NCBI GenBank assembly: GCA_010405405.1
Contig: MU004236.1
Location: 124,001-188,000, forward strand
Source: Microthyrium microscopicum
Lineage: Eukaryota
DNA: 64,000 nt
Reading direction: 5' to 3'
Positions 25,850 through 39,900 of this stretch are shown piece by piece. Under the pieces are notes generated by a model. That model did not search any database and had not been told where the DNA came from. It saw only the letters and a program-made list of their open reading frames with translations. Within the stretch, counting starts at the first letter, position 1; each line of letters opens with the position of its first letter. A program made the position numbers and the translations under genes.

Positions 25850-27793
25850 AATGCTTCCTAGAGATAGAGAAATAATTAACGCGCAATTTAAAGGTACTAA
25901 AATAATTATTTAGAGATATAATAGATTTAAATTTAAGCTAATATTGCTACTAGATTATACTAAATTATTTATTTAACTACCTATTAACTTCTACAACTCT
26001 ACTACCTCTTAACCTAAAGAACTTTATATTAAATTAGGTTCTAGAACTATTAATATTATGCCTTTAATAGAATACGTTTCCTTTCTTAATATTAATAATC
26101 TAATAATACGCTTTAATATACCTTTATAATTCTTTAGCCTATTTATTTAGCAAGAAGATTATAAAGAGATTACTTTTAATACTATAGAATATATACGTTA
26201 TTAGCTTAGTCTTTAGCTTAATAAAGCTATTCCTATACTAATTATATTAGGTAATATTAAGATATTCTTTAGAATCTATATCTATTTAGGTACCTATGCA
26301 ATTACTAAAGCTTTAGATTTTTAGTGCTTTAATAGCGTAAATCTATATTATACTATATAGTATTTTATACTACAATATAAATTCTAGTATATTAAGAAGT
26401 ATTTCTACCTAAGCTATATTTAAATATAAAATACTAGACTATTAAGAGAATTAGATTCTACTTCTACTACTAGGAATCTATAGCGTAAATAAGAGTTAGT
26501 TTTTAATAAATTAGAACTACTAGCGTTAAATATCTCTTAGTACTTTAAATTATATATTATTCCTTCTAGCTACCTTATAATTAATAAGATAATAGTAAAA
26601 TTTATAGATAGATTAGCTAATATACTTTATATTAAGGGTAAACTAATCCTAAAGAGGTATAAAATACTTGTATTATATAATTATAAGTATATTTATAACT
26701 TATTATATACTACGCGCGTAGGAAGGCCTTAATTAATAGGTAAAAATATTAATATTCTTGCCTATAGGCTATAATAGACTCTACCTATTAAAGAACCTAG
26801 TTTCTTTACTAAATTAACTACTATAGCGTAGGTTATAATTTAAATATATTTAACGCTACCTAATAATAAGAAATTTATTATTTATTATAATAACTTCTTT
26901 AGTTCTATATACCTATTTAGCGCGCTTTATTTTTATAGAATCGCTATAGTAGGTATAGCTTATTTAATATAATCTAAGTACCCTTAATAGTATAAATTGC
27001 TTAATAAAAAGAAGAATTATTAAAAATATAGTTATTAAGATAATATAATAGTTTAAAATATTATTTCTATAGTATAAAGAAATTATGTTCTTATAAGATT
27101 CCTAAGTACGTATTATAATATTTATAGTACTAAAACTACTTAAAGAACTTACCTTACCGTTATAAAGAAGATAATACGTTATAAGAAGAGTAAGATAAAT
27201 TAAATTTAGAGTAAAGATCCTTAAAAAGAGCTTAAATAGCCCGCCATTACTATAGATTATAATACTTATATAAATAGTATTAATTTAGCTAACTAGTAGC
27301 GTGCTTATATTATATTATATTAAATAAGTAAGTTCTTTCCTTCCTATATATAACTTTCTTATTTTAAGTCCGTTTATCTTAAAAATAGTACTATTAAAAA
27401 GCTCTCCTCTTTTTAAACTAATATATATTTATTAAGCCTTAAGAAATTAGTTTCTACTACTTTATTTTAATATCGATAGAGTTAGTATAAATATATATAT
27501 ATTAGCTTTAAAGATTAAGCTAATAATATAGCCTAATCTTACTAAAAGAACTAGTAACTACCTACTATAATATCTATTAAATTTAAAGCAATTTTGAACT
27601 AATCTAGCCTAGAATTTAGTTATCTAAGGGTATTTTAATAATATTAGACCTATACTAACTGCTAAATTTATTAATAATTATACTAAAAGTAAGGTAAATT
27701 AGCTTTATAGTTATAGGTTATATAAAAGGGTTACTATTTATACTCTACTACTAATATTTTAACTTTCTATAAGTAAGTACTACTATATAAAGC
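25850..27793 (+). pseudogene. piggyBac (DDD) transposase remnant
   Basis: Translated fragments PSSYLIINKIIVKFIDRL...IKGKLILKRYKI (equivalent to vDEmmv.F.GR...KP...GyK after G>A/C>T changes) at ~26.56-26.67 kb and IYYNNFFSS (equivalent to DNFFSS) at ~26.89 kb. Many TAA/TAG stops; boundaries approximate. Confidence 0.75.
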
Positions 27794-28016
27794 TATAAGG
27801 AGCTAATAGGCACAATAGGCAAGCAGAAAGTAGCTAGTATTATAGAATCTAAGTACAAAGAGAAGAGATCTAGAGATATAGCTATAAATATAAAGAAGTA
27901 GAGGCCTAAGATATCCTTAAATATACTAACCTTAAATAGGATAAAGAGATCTTATCTACAGGATTAAATCTTAGTATCTAAATACTATAATACTAAACCT
28001 ATAAGAATTCCTTATA
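27794..28016 (-). repeat. LTR of element A (3' LTR)
   Basis: Direct repeat of 42854-43076. Ends TA...TA, the RIP-altered form of TG...CA. Confidence 0.9.
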
Positions 28017-29414
28017 TAACTTCCTCCCTCTAAAATAAACTTTATAAGCTATATTCTAATCTAATTCATTCTAGTCTAGTCTAAGCTAATCTAGGCTAGG
28101 CTAGACTAGTCTATATAAATATAAAACTCCTTTATATATATTACTACTAAGAAATATAGTAATATACTATCTACTTACTTTAGTACTATCTAAATCTATT
28201 TAATAAAGAAAAGAATATCTATTTAAGCTAGTTTATAGTATTCTATAATTCCTTTAATAGCATAAATTAAAAACTAAACTAGGAGTATAATATTATTAGT
28301 AAAAATAAATAAATATAATGCTTTTTATACTATATAATCCTAATCTATAAGTAGGCTATTAGTATTATAATCTTCTTCTTTAACTTCATTTACTAATAAG
28401 GACTAAGAAGAGTATAGACTAAGCTTCTAAGGATAAAGCCTATAGAATTCTAATATAGTATTAGATATATTAATAGTATCTTTCTAGAGCTACTAAGTTT
28501 TATTATAAAATCCTATCTATTTAATTTTATATTTAAGCACTTTATTCTTACTTCTACTATTTTATTTACTATTAATAATAGTATTAATAAGCTATTCTTC
28601 TTTACCTTCTTTTTTACTAATAACTACTAAAAGTAGGTTTAATTTCTATAATAAGTATACGTTATTATTAATTAGATATAATAGCTAGGTATAAAATATT
28701 AAGTATATCTTTATTAATTTAAGAAAATCTAATTTATAGATTACTCTATTAATTTTACATAATATCTTAAAGGAACTAATACTTTTATTATTAAGTATTT
28801 TTAAAAAGCAAGTTATATTATAATTTTAAACATTAAGTTATACCTAGTCCTTAGAATAAAGATTTAGTACTAGATATTAATACTTATTAGTATAGAGCTT
28901 TTATTAAGCCTAAGCTTATACTAATTACTTCTTTAAGAACTTATAAAGCTTCTCTTAACTATCTTATACTTAATTAGTAGCAATAACTTTTTTACGTATT
29001 ATAATAGAAGCGTATAATGCTTTAGGTAGTAAATAGTAAGTAGACTTAAGTCCTAATTTTAGTAAAAAACTATTTTATGCCTTAAAAGGTATAAAACTAG
29101 TAGTAGTACTTATAGTAGAATTTACTACAAATTTAGTAAATAGTAATAGGGCTACTTAATTATTCTAATCCTAATTAATAAAGAATTTAAGATACTATTT
29201 TAAGGCAATAATAGTTATTTTAGTAATGCTATTAGATTCTAGATACTATATAGTACTTAATTTTAATATTACGCCTATATATTTATATAAGTAACTCTAA
29301 AAGGTAAATATAAATTAAGTTCCCTAATCTAAAAGAATAGAATCTAGCTAACTATATAGCTTTTATACTTAATTAATAAATGCTATAATTATTATTTCTA
29401 CTAAAAAACTTAGG

Positions 29415-29576
29415 TATTAGGGGTTGAACCTCCTAAAGCTATGCTTATTTAGGCTACCCCTATTGTATATAAATACTTTAATTAAAGAGTCTCTTAACTC
29501 TTCTTTCTCTCTAAGTTACCTTCCTATTTAGTAGGCTTATAATATAACTTATCTCTTCATTATCTAACCTATAATA
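29415..29576 (+). repeat. 5' LTR of element B
   Basis: Direct repeat of 36812-36973. Confidence 0.9.
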
Positions 29577-32500
29577 TTAGGTAACTTTAAAACTAACCCT
29601 TCTTTTTATCTACTTTCTCTTCGTCTATTAATAAATAGCTAGAATAGTAAACTAAGATTTCTTTCGCTTAATAACTATTAAATAAGATAGAGAAACGTTC
29701 TTTAAGGGCTTTACTTATAAGAATATAGAAGTATACTTTATATATATTAACTAATAATAAATAAAGCTATAAAACTACTTAGACGTATCCTAAGAAGTAA
29801 CTAATAATAGCTTATAATAAGTAATAAATAGCATTTTACTACTTAATAATACGCTTAATTTATCTATCTTATAATTACGTATAACTACTACTAGTTATAA
29901 ATAAGCCTTATAATAACTAAATAAGTTAACTAGTAAAATTTATATATAATTAAATAAAAATACGTAATAAATTATAGTAGTTTATACTAAACTCTAAGCC
30001 TAAGTTAATAGCTAGAATAAATAGCTTACTAATATCTATATTAGTAGTAAAATCTTTATATAATAAGTAAATAACACTACTTATAAGACGCTAACCTAGT
30101 AGTAGTAGTAGAAATAAAAATAACTCTAAAGAGAATTTATAACGCTTAGTATAACTCTTTCTTTAATATTAGCTATATTTTTTATTAAAGAAACCTTTAA
30201 CTATAACTATTACTCTTCTCTAATTCTATAAACTAATCCTTCTTAGACTTTAATTACGATAGCTAGATTAGTAGCTCTTCCTTTACCTTCTTTAATAAAT
30301 CTTTTAACTACTTAATATAAGTTACTTTAACTACTATTATAAAACCTTTAACTAGCTCTTCTAAACTTAAAATAATATTTATATAAAGACCTAACCCTTT
30401 ATCTTAGTTTTTACTAAATAATTAAAGTAAAATTATATATTAATAAATAGATTTACGTAGATAACTACGCCTAAATCTACTATATATTTAACTAGCTTAT
30501 AAAAGACGCTACTTAATAAGTCCTTCCTTAAATCTAGAATTCTACTAGCTATAGTATTATAAGTTTTAATAAGTTTATAAAATAGATAAACCTTTTCTTT
30601 TATAACCTATATAAAGAAATAAGAGCTTTAGTAAACTTTTAAAAAATCTAATAAAGAGGTAAAGAATAGAGAATCTTTTAGGCTAAGTTTTAGTAATATC
30701 TTATCTATACTAGAGTATAATTTTAAGCTACCTTTATCTAAATATAGTTCTTAAAAAATACTATAGATTCTAGTCTTAGGATAGCTCTAATTACTTACTC
30801 TTAGCTTAATAATTTAGATACCTTTACCTAAGAAGCTTTAAAGACTTAAGATTAAATAGTTTAAGCCTATATAAGCTATTATAGCCTAAGAAGCCTAAGC
30901 ACTAAAATAAGTACTTAGTAGAGTTAACTATTTAAGAATTAAGACCTAAACGTAATAGAAGGCATCTAAGTTAAAGCTAGCTAAGCCTAGTATAACTATT
31001 ATAAGTAAAATAACTTTTATTTTTATTATAGCTTAGTTAATTATAAAATTTAGGATTATAAATAAGTACTCTAAGCGTTATTTAGAAGTTAGAATTTCTT
31101 CTATAGCTAGGTTAGCTATAAATAAAAATAAGATAGAAGAGATACTACTAGAGGTAAATACCTATAGAATAATACTAATAAATTCTAGGCTAATATTATT
31201 AATACTTTAAATATTTTTTAAAGTAGCTAGCTAATAAGGATTACTATTACTTAACTAAGAAATAATAACTTTTATAATAATTTATATAATATTACTAATA
31301 TGGAATTAAAAAACTAATAAGCTTAAATTAAAAACGTAATACTAAGCTAGAAAATTATAAAAATATTATTTTAAGATAGCGTTAAAAATTCTTTACTTAG
31401 GATATAGTTATAAAGCCCTTTTTAATACTTTTAATAGTAAATTAACTTTCTTTATATATAGGCTTTATTAATAGTAGCTACTTAATCTATTCCTTTATAA
31501 ATCTCTACTTTACCTAAAGATATAAACTTAAATATATACTATTACCTTAGGTAATTCTTATTAAAAAAATAAATAATAAGGCTAAAGAAATCTATAAAAT
31601 AGTAATTATAAAAATTAATATTAAAGGCTATAAAGAAACTATTTAAGCCTTTATAGTAAAAAAGACCTTAAGCTATAATATAATCCTTAGCCTACCTTAA
31701 ATAAAGAAATAGGATATTATTCTCTATATAAAACCTAAGAAGCTAGTCTTTAATAAAATAAGTTATATAGTTATAAGTCTAAAGACTCCTTAAAAGAAAT
31801 ATAACTATATAGTAATTAGGGCTATAGTATTTAAGATACTTACTTAATAAGCTAAAAAGTAAGTAAAATAGTCTTAAGAAGGCTTAATACTAATTATATA
31901 AGTCTTTACTATAAGTCTTTATAACTTATAAAAAGCCCTTACTCTAAAGAAGTATATTAATCCTTATAAGAAGCTTTTTAAATAGTATTTAGATTACCTT
32001 AACCTTTTTTAAAAAGAGCTAGCTAATAAATAGTTATTTATCTAAGGTCTTTTTATAGACTATAAGATTAACCTAATCTTAAACGCTAATAGAAAAGAAC
32101 CTTAGTTACTTTAGTAGGTATTATACTCTATAAATTAGGATAAATTATTAGCTCTTAGAAGAATTCTTAATAATCTATTAAAAAGTAAGTTTATTTAAGT
32201 AAGTAACTTACTTACTAGAGTATTAGTTCTCTTTATTTATAAAGTAGATAGATTAATTTAGTTTTATTATAACTACTACGTATTAAATAAGTTAATTATA
32301 AAGAACTATTATTCTTTATTACTTATTTATAAGATACTAAACGCCTTAGAAAAAATATAATAGTTTACTAAGCTAAACGTATCTTAAGTATTTTATAAGA
32401 TTTAGATATATAAAGATAATAAATAGAAGATAGCTTTTTAAATACGATATAGCTTATTTAAATAGATAATAATACTATTTAAGTTATTAAATACTCTAAG

Positions 32501-35500
32501 CACTTTTTAAAGGTTTATTAACTTTACTCTTTAGAATATCTTAGATAACTATATTTCTATATACTTAGATAATATCTTAATCTTTAGCTTAAGTACTAAG
32601 AAGTAATATAAAGCCTATGTCTATAAAGTCCTTAAGTAGCTATAAAAAGTAGAACTCTACCTTAATATTTAGAAGTATAAATTTATAACTACTTAGATAA
32701 TATATTTAGGCTATATTATTAAAGCTAGATAAAGAATCTTAATAAACTTAGCTAAAGTTAAAGTAATCTAAGAATAGGAAGCTCTTAAGAACGTTTATAG
32801 AGTTTAAGCTTTTTTTAGCTTTATTAACTTCTATTATAGGTTTATACTAAACTTTTAAATAATTATAAAACCTCTTATTTAACTTACTTAGAAGAACGTT
32901 CTCTTTTTATTTAAAGACCTAAAAAGAGCTATATTTAAGGAACTAAAATAACTTTTTACTACTAACTAAATACTAGCCTTATTTAACTATAATAGAGAAA
33001 TTCTTATTTATATTAACTTTTCTAGTTATTTTTTAGGAGCTATACTAGTATAAAAGGATAAAATAGGTAAGTTTTAACTAGTAGCTTATTTCTTTAAAAA
33101 GTATAACTTTATTTAAAGTAACTACCTAATCTATAATAAAGAGATACTTATAATTATACTTACTCTAAAAGAATAGAACTTAGAACTATAAGTAGTAAAG
33201 AAGTTTAAAGTAATATTTAATTATAAGAACCTAGAGTATTTTATAAAACTATAAAAGCTTATAGAAAGATATATTTAATAGTTTATTAAACTTATAAAGT
33301 ATAATATAATAATTAAGTATTAACTAAGCTTATAGAATAGCGTAGTAGATAGTTTTTCTTATTATAAATAAGATATACTTTAAGACCTAACTAATAAGAG
33401 AATCTAAGCTAAAACTTTTTAACTACTTTATACTTAAGAAGATTAATTATTTAAACTACTATAAGCTTTATTTATTTATATTACTATTCTTTCTATAGTA
33501 ATTAAAAATAAATTAGTAAAGACTCTACTAGCTAATAAAGCTTTAATCCTTAGCTTACTACTACTAATATTAAACGTTTCTAAACTATTAATAACCTAAT
33601 AGAATAAAGTAGTATAGGTTAATAATATCTATTAAGTAGCTTATTAAATAATTAAAGCTAGTAAATAAAAGTTTCTTTTATTAATTATAAATATTAAGAT
33701 CTCTATTTCTAACTACTTAATTAATAGTAAGGATTACCTTTACTAGAGAGAATAACTATAAATTCTAAATTTAAAACCTTTATAGATAGTAATATTATAA
33801 ATAGCTTATATATTCTTAATTTAAAGCTATCCTAGCTATAAAAGTACTTATTAAGCTCTATAGCTATACTTCTTCTAGCTTAGAATTATAGCTAATATAA
33901 AGCGTTTTATAAAAAATTATAATATATATAGCTAATTAAAGGTTAATTATAAGTAGAAAAGAAGCTTCCTAAAGCCTTTACTTATTCTAAGCTAATAATA
34001 ATAAGAACTATTTATAGATTTTATAATAGACCTTCCTCTATTAAATAGATATATAATCTTAATAGTTATTACTAATTAGCTAAGTAAAGAAGTAATCCTA
34101 ATCTCCTTTACTTAGAAAGAAGCTAAAGACGTTATAACTATTTTTTTATAATACGTCTATTCTCTTTATAGTATTCTTAACGTAATTATTTATAATTATA
34201 ACTTAGTATTTATAAAAAACTTCTAGATAAAGTTTTATATACTACTATAAATAGAGCTATAGCTATTAACTATATTTTACTCCTAAATAAATAGCTCTAT
34301 AGAATAGTAAAATTTAGATATTAAAGCTAAAATATAAATATATATAAATTATATATAATTAAACTAGTTTTTACTAATATTAATACTTTAACTTATACTT
34401 AACTTATAATGCTTATTTATAATAGAACTCTTACTCTTCTTTCTATTTTATAGCTTTAAAAACTCTATTTTCTTAAACTTTCTTAAATAAGCTCTCTTAT
34501 TTAAATAGAAGAATACTCTAAAAAAGAAAAAGAAAAAAGCTACTTATATAATTTTAAAAGCTATAAAATAAGCTTAAGATACTATAACCTTTACTTAAGA
34601 AAGGATATAAGAATAAGCTAACTAAATAAGGATTTAAATACTTAAGTATAAAGTTAGTAATTAAGTCTAGCTAGACCTAAAGAATACTAAGACTAAATAA
34701 GCAAAGAAGAAGTTTAATTACTATTACTCTAAGTTCTAAGTTATAAAGGTAGTAAGCTTATATATAATTATACTAAATATACTATAGAGAATTAAGAAAT
34801 TTTATATTAACTTACTTAGACTAGTAATAGATAACCTATTCCTAAGTTAAAACGCTAATAATTCTTATCTACTACTAATCTTAGTTAAAAACTTAGATAA
34901 AGAGAAATAAAAGAAGTAGCTAATAGAAGAAATTATAGCTAAAAAATATAAGAAAATAATAAAGAGTAAACTTTATATAGTCTATATTATTAAATAAGTA
35001 AGTTATCTAGATATAATAAAAGAATTAATTAACTTTATTAAATAGTTAGAAGCCTATATAAAGTAGATAAAAAAGATAAAGTATATATAAAATAATTATA
35101 AAAGATTAGTACTAAATTAATTTATTCTTTAAGTATAACTAAGATTAAAAACTAGCCCTTCTATTATAGTAATTAACTCTATAGAGATATAATTAAAGGT
35201 ACTATTTATAATCTATATATAGAAATACTTTTTTTTTATTTATATTAAGACCCTCTTTTCTACTAAATAAAACTAAGAAATTATAAAAATATAAGAAAAC
35301 TAAAGAAATAAGATATATTTAATAAACCTCTACTATTAAGGAAGATAAACTTAAGTAGTGCCTTAGGGTATAAAAGAACTAAAGTAGATAGTTAATAGTA
35401 AAGGATTCTTATTCTTCTTAGTAATCTCCTCTTTATTATTATAAGAATACTTCTTACCTAAGCTAATATTATTATTATAAATATAGTTTAAATATATATT

Positions 35501-36811
35501 ATTATAAAATTCTAAAAGCTAAACATAATCTATATATTATAGCTAATTCTTTAAATTAGAATAGTTAATATAATAAGTATAATACTACTCTTTATAAGTC
35601 TTATTTTACTTATTTTTAGTAAAGAATTATAGAATATTTATATAATAAATACCTAAGGCTTTAAGATAACTAGCTTAGCTACTAGTTAACTAAATCGTGC
35701 TAAAGAAGCTTTAATAAATTATAATACTATAAATATTAAGCTATAAATTATTAATAAATTCTTTAAAGAAGGTATTTAATAAGTTAAGATGCTTATTAGA
35801 AGAGCTAAGAGGATAGTTAGTTATAATATAAAGGGCCTTACTTTATAAATATGTTAGTATAAATTAAGAAAGGCTAAAGAAGTATATATAGTCTAGTTAA
35901 TATAAAGTGCCTTAAATAAAGTATAGTTTTATAAATTATAATAGTTAATAACTATATATATCTTTTTATATTAGAAAGTAGTTAGTAAATAGAGATAAGA
36001 GTTATAAATAATATTATTCTAGTAATAAAGTAAAACTTAGTTAAGAAGGTAAAGGTCTTTATTTATATCGTTCTAGTAGGCTTTATATATAGCTACCTTA
36101 TATATAGTAAGTAAATAAGGTTAAGAAGCATTATAGTTAGTAACGTATATATAAAAAGAAGTAATAATAATAAGGATATAACTATTAAAGCTAATAATAT
36201 TATTAAAAGCGTTAATAATTAGGGTAGCTATCTCTATATAGTTAGTAAAGCTATAGCTATTATAATAAATAACTTATCTAATTAATTAATTAATTAATTA
36301 GGTAAGGAAGAAGAAACTTAATAAGAACTAATTAGAAGAGAAGAAGCTTTTTTAAAGTATAATAAAGAAAGAATAGTTAACTTTATAGAATAATATTACT
36401 TTATACTCTCTAAACGCATAAGTAGAAGCATAGTAACTTAACTATAGTTACGTTCTTTTAATCTTATTCCTTAATATTATAATAGAGCTCTAACTAAGTA
36501 TAAATAAAATAATTTATTAATTAAGTAACCTTTACGAGATTATAACTAAAAAGAATTAATATTATATACTAAGAAAGGGGCCTTATATCTAGAATTTAGT
36601 CTAAAATAGGCAAAATACTAGTATAGAACTAATAGTTAATAATCTAAGCTTTATATTTTATATCTAAAAGTAAATATATAGATCTATACGTTATAAATAA
36701 AAGCTTCGTCGTAAACTATAAGAATAGTAAGTATTAAATATAGCTAGATAAGATTAAGATCTTATAATTAACTTAGTATTTTAGCTAAAAATTTTTAGAT
36801 AGGAGGAATAA

Positions 36812-36973
36812 TATTAGAAGTTAAACCCCCTAAAGCTATACTTATTTAGGCTACCCCTATTTTATATAAATACCTTAATTAAAGAGTCTCTTAACTCTTC
36901 TTTCTCTCTAAGTTACCTTCCTATTTAGTAGGCTTATAATATAACTTATCTCTTTATTATCTAACTTATAACA
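36812..36973 (+). repeat. 3' LTR of element B
   Basis: Direct repeat of 29415-29576; ends in ...AACA. Confidence 0.9.
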
Positions 36974-39900
36974 TTAGGAGGATAATAAACTATTATAATT
37001 ACATTAAACGATTAATAATAACTATAATATACTAGTAGACTATACCCTAGTAGGTATAGTATAGTAATAAAATAGTAAAGTCTATAGAGATATTAGATTA
37101 AGCCTAATTTAGTAGAAAGAATAAGTAAAAGAGCCTTTACTTCTTTTAGTATACTAGTTTTAAAAAGATATAGTAATAGCCTTTAATATATTTCTTAATA
37201 TATTCTAATATTCTTAGCTACTAATAATCTTATTAAAGGTAGTAGTAGGTTATTATAGTTCCTTTATAACCTATAACTTTATATTAATATACTTATTTTA
37301 TTACTTTATTTTATAAATACGTCATTAGTATAAATAACTTTTATTAATAAAGAATAGTACTATTTAGTAAAGCCTTATAATCTATTAATTTAATTTAATC
37401 CTAATCTAGTATATTAAAGAGTAAGAAGTAGTCTTTCTATACTTTTACTAGTTAGATTATAATAAGTAACTTATCTTTCTTACTTATCTTTATTATTTTC
37501 TATATAAACTACTCTAGGTTAAAATTTAGGGATTTAGTATTAATTAGTAGTAAATTATCTAAACTAGCTAGAGCTTTATTTTAAGAGCTTCCTATAATAG
37601 GTTCTAAATTAGACTCCTCTACTATAGTAATATTTAGCTTATCTAATATAAGTATAGCTATTTATATAAAGGATAAGATAATAGGATTAATAAGTATTAT
37701 AGCTATTTTAATAGCTTATTTAGTACTAAATTAATATAAGAATAAAAGTAGTTAATACTATTACTTAACTTATAAGTCTTTATTACTTTAAGATATATCC
37801 TATAATCTTTAGGTTAAAGCATTAGCTTTACTATTATCTTTATTAAGATAATACTTAATTAAGAAGTAAAACTATAATAGGAATTTAGCCTAGCATATTT
37901 AATAGCATATAAGCTTCTTAGTTTTTATAAAGATTTAAAGATTTTAATAATCTAAGAATACCTTTATAATATCTTTAGTACTAAATAACTTAGGCTTCTA
38001 TTCCTTAAAAGTATAGATAATAATAAGTAGTTTCTTATTATAAATATTATAATTATATTCTATTAGTAATATCTTTTTAGAGAGGAAGATAACTAGTCTT
38101 AGATTACTATTTATATCTTTCTATAATAATATAGCAATATAAGCCTAATCTAATACGTCTATCTCTATCTAAGTTTTCTTAGTATAGTTAAAGTATTAAA
38201 GTATTAGTACGTTAGTAAAGTCTACTTTTAACTTCTTAAAAGCTTATTCTTTAGGCCTATTAGGGTCTTAAGGAAATATAGCTAAAGCATCCTTTTAAGT
38301 AAGATTTATTAAGGATACTACTATAGTAAAGTAATTAAAAATAAACTATTAATAGAAGTTAGCAAATCTAAGGAATACTTAAATATCTTTAAGATAGCTT
38401 AGTTATTCTTAGTTAATTATTATATTAACCTTTAAAGGGTCTATCTTAATGCTTTCTATAGTAATAATTAAACTAAGGTATTTTACTTCTTAAATAGTAA
38501 ACTCTAACTTCTTAATATTAAGGAATAAGCTTATATATTCTAATACATTTAGTACTAAATATATATAGGCGTTATATTCTTCTAGTATCTTACTAAATAT
38601 TAGAATATTATCTAAATAAATAGTTATAAAATTATTTAAAAACTATATTAGCGTATAATTAATATATACTTAGAATATCCTTAGTTCCTTTATAAGGCTA
38701 AAGGGTAGTACTTTAAACTTAAATAGGCTATAGCGTATTAAGAATACTATCTTATATTTATTTTTAAGTTTAATATAGATACGTTTAAAAGTAGTAATAA
38801 TATTAAACTTAGAGTAATACTTTACTTTTATAAGGCGTATAAGCGTCTTACTAATAAGTAGTAGAACGTTACTATTTTTAATAGTAATATTATTTAACCT
38901 ATAGTAATTAATATAGACGTAAATACCTTTTCCTAGCTTGCTTATATAAAGTATAGGTATAGTATATTAAGATTTTAAACCTATAGTAAAACTATACTAA
39001 AGTAGACTCTTAATATATTATTTAATAACTAAGGCTTATTTTAGTAATATTAATATAAGTTAGTGTTTTAGAATTTTAGTATTAGGAATAAAGTTAATAG
39101 CATAGTTATATTTATTATAATAAGGCGTAAGAATATTTAAACGCTTTAGATTAAAGACTTTAAAATATTAGTAGAAACGTTTTAGAATAAGTTTTAAGAT
39201 CTTCTCTTTTAATAGGTAAGGATAATCTTACTTATTTTACTATTTAAGATAATCTTCCTCTAATATAGTATATATAGTAAAGTTTATAGTAAATCTATTA
39301 TTATTATCTTTATTACTATTAAGAGGTTTCTTTTCTTTTTTATTATTAAAATCTTTAGGTTAGAATATATTAACTATAGCGTCTTTACGCTTTATTAGTT
39401 TTTTAAACGCTACTATAAATATTAAAGCAATATTTAATTCTTTAAGTAATTCTAAGTTTATAGATTATCCTTTTAAGTCTATAGTAATTAGGCGTTATAA
39501 TATAATATAATTTATAATATATTTTATACTATAGAAGGTTAATATTCTTAAATCTTTATATAGATTAACTTTATATTAATCTAGCTAGGGTACTTTTAAA
39601 ATTAGATTATAAAAGGCTACTTCTATAATAAAATAGCTAATCTACTTAACGTAATATTTAATATATAGGTTAAGGATAATAGCTTTATTAACTATAGATA
39701 CTAACTTATTATTAGTAAGTATTACTAAGTATAGATATATAAGTTAAAAAGTAGGAATATTATATTACTAAAGATAATAAGAGTTAATAATTCCTATTAC
39801 TCTACTACTAGTATTAATTAAAATATTAGTATTAAAGTAGGTTAAATATTATAGTATAAATACTAAGCTAATAGTAGTCTATTATAATCTAATAATAAAA

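Larger units (their letters stand above)
29415..36973 (+). mobile_element. Ty3/gypsy LTR retrotransposon B, RIP-inactivated, inserted in the integrase region of element A
   Basis: Two 162-bp LTRs, 5-bp TSD TTAGG (29410-29414 and 36974-36978), polypurine tract agataggaggaa before the right LTR. Plus-strand RT remnants KIAF*IRYSLFK (~32.43 kb) and YLDN (32562-32573), followed by RNase H- and integrase-like remnants. Confidence 0.9.
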
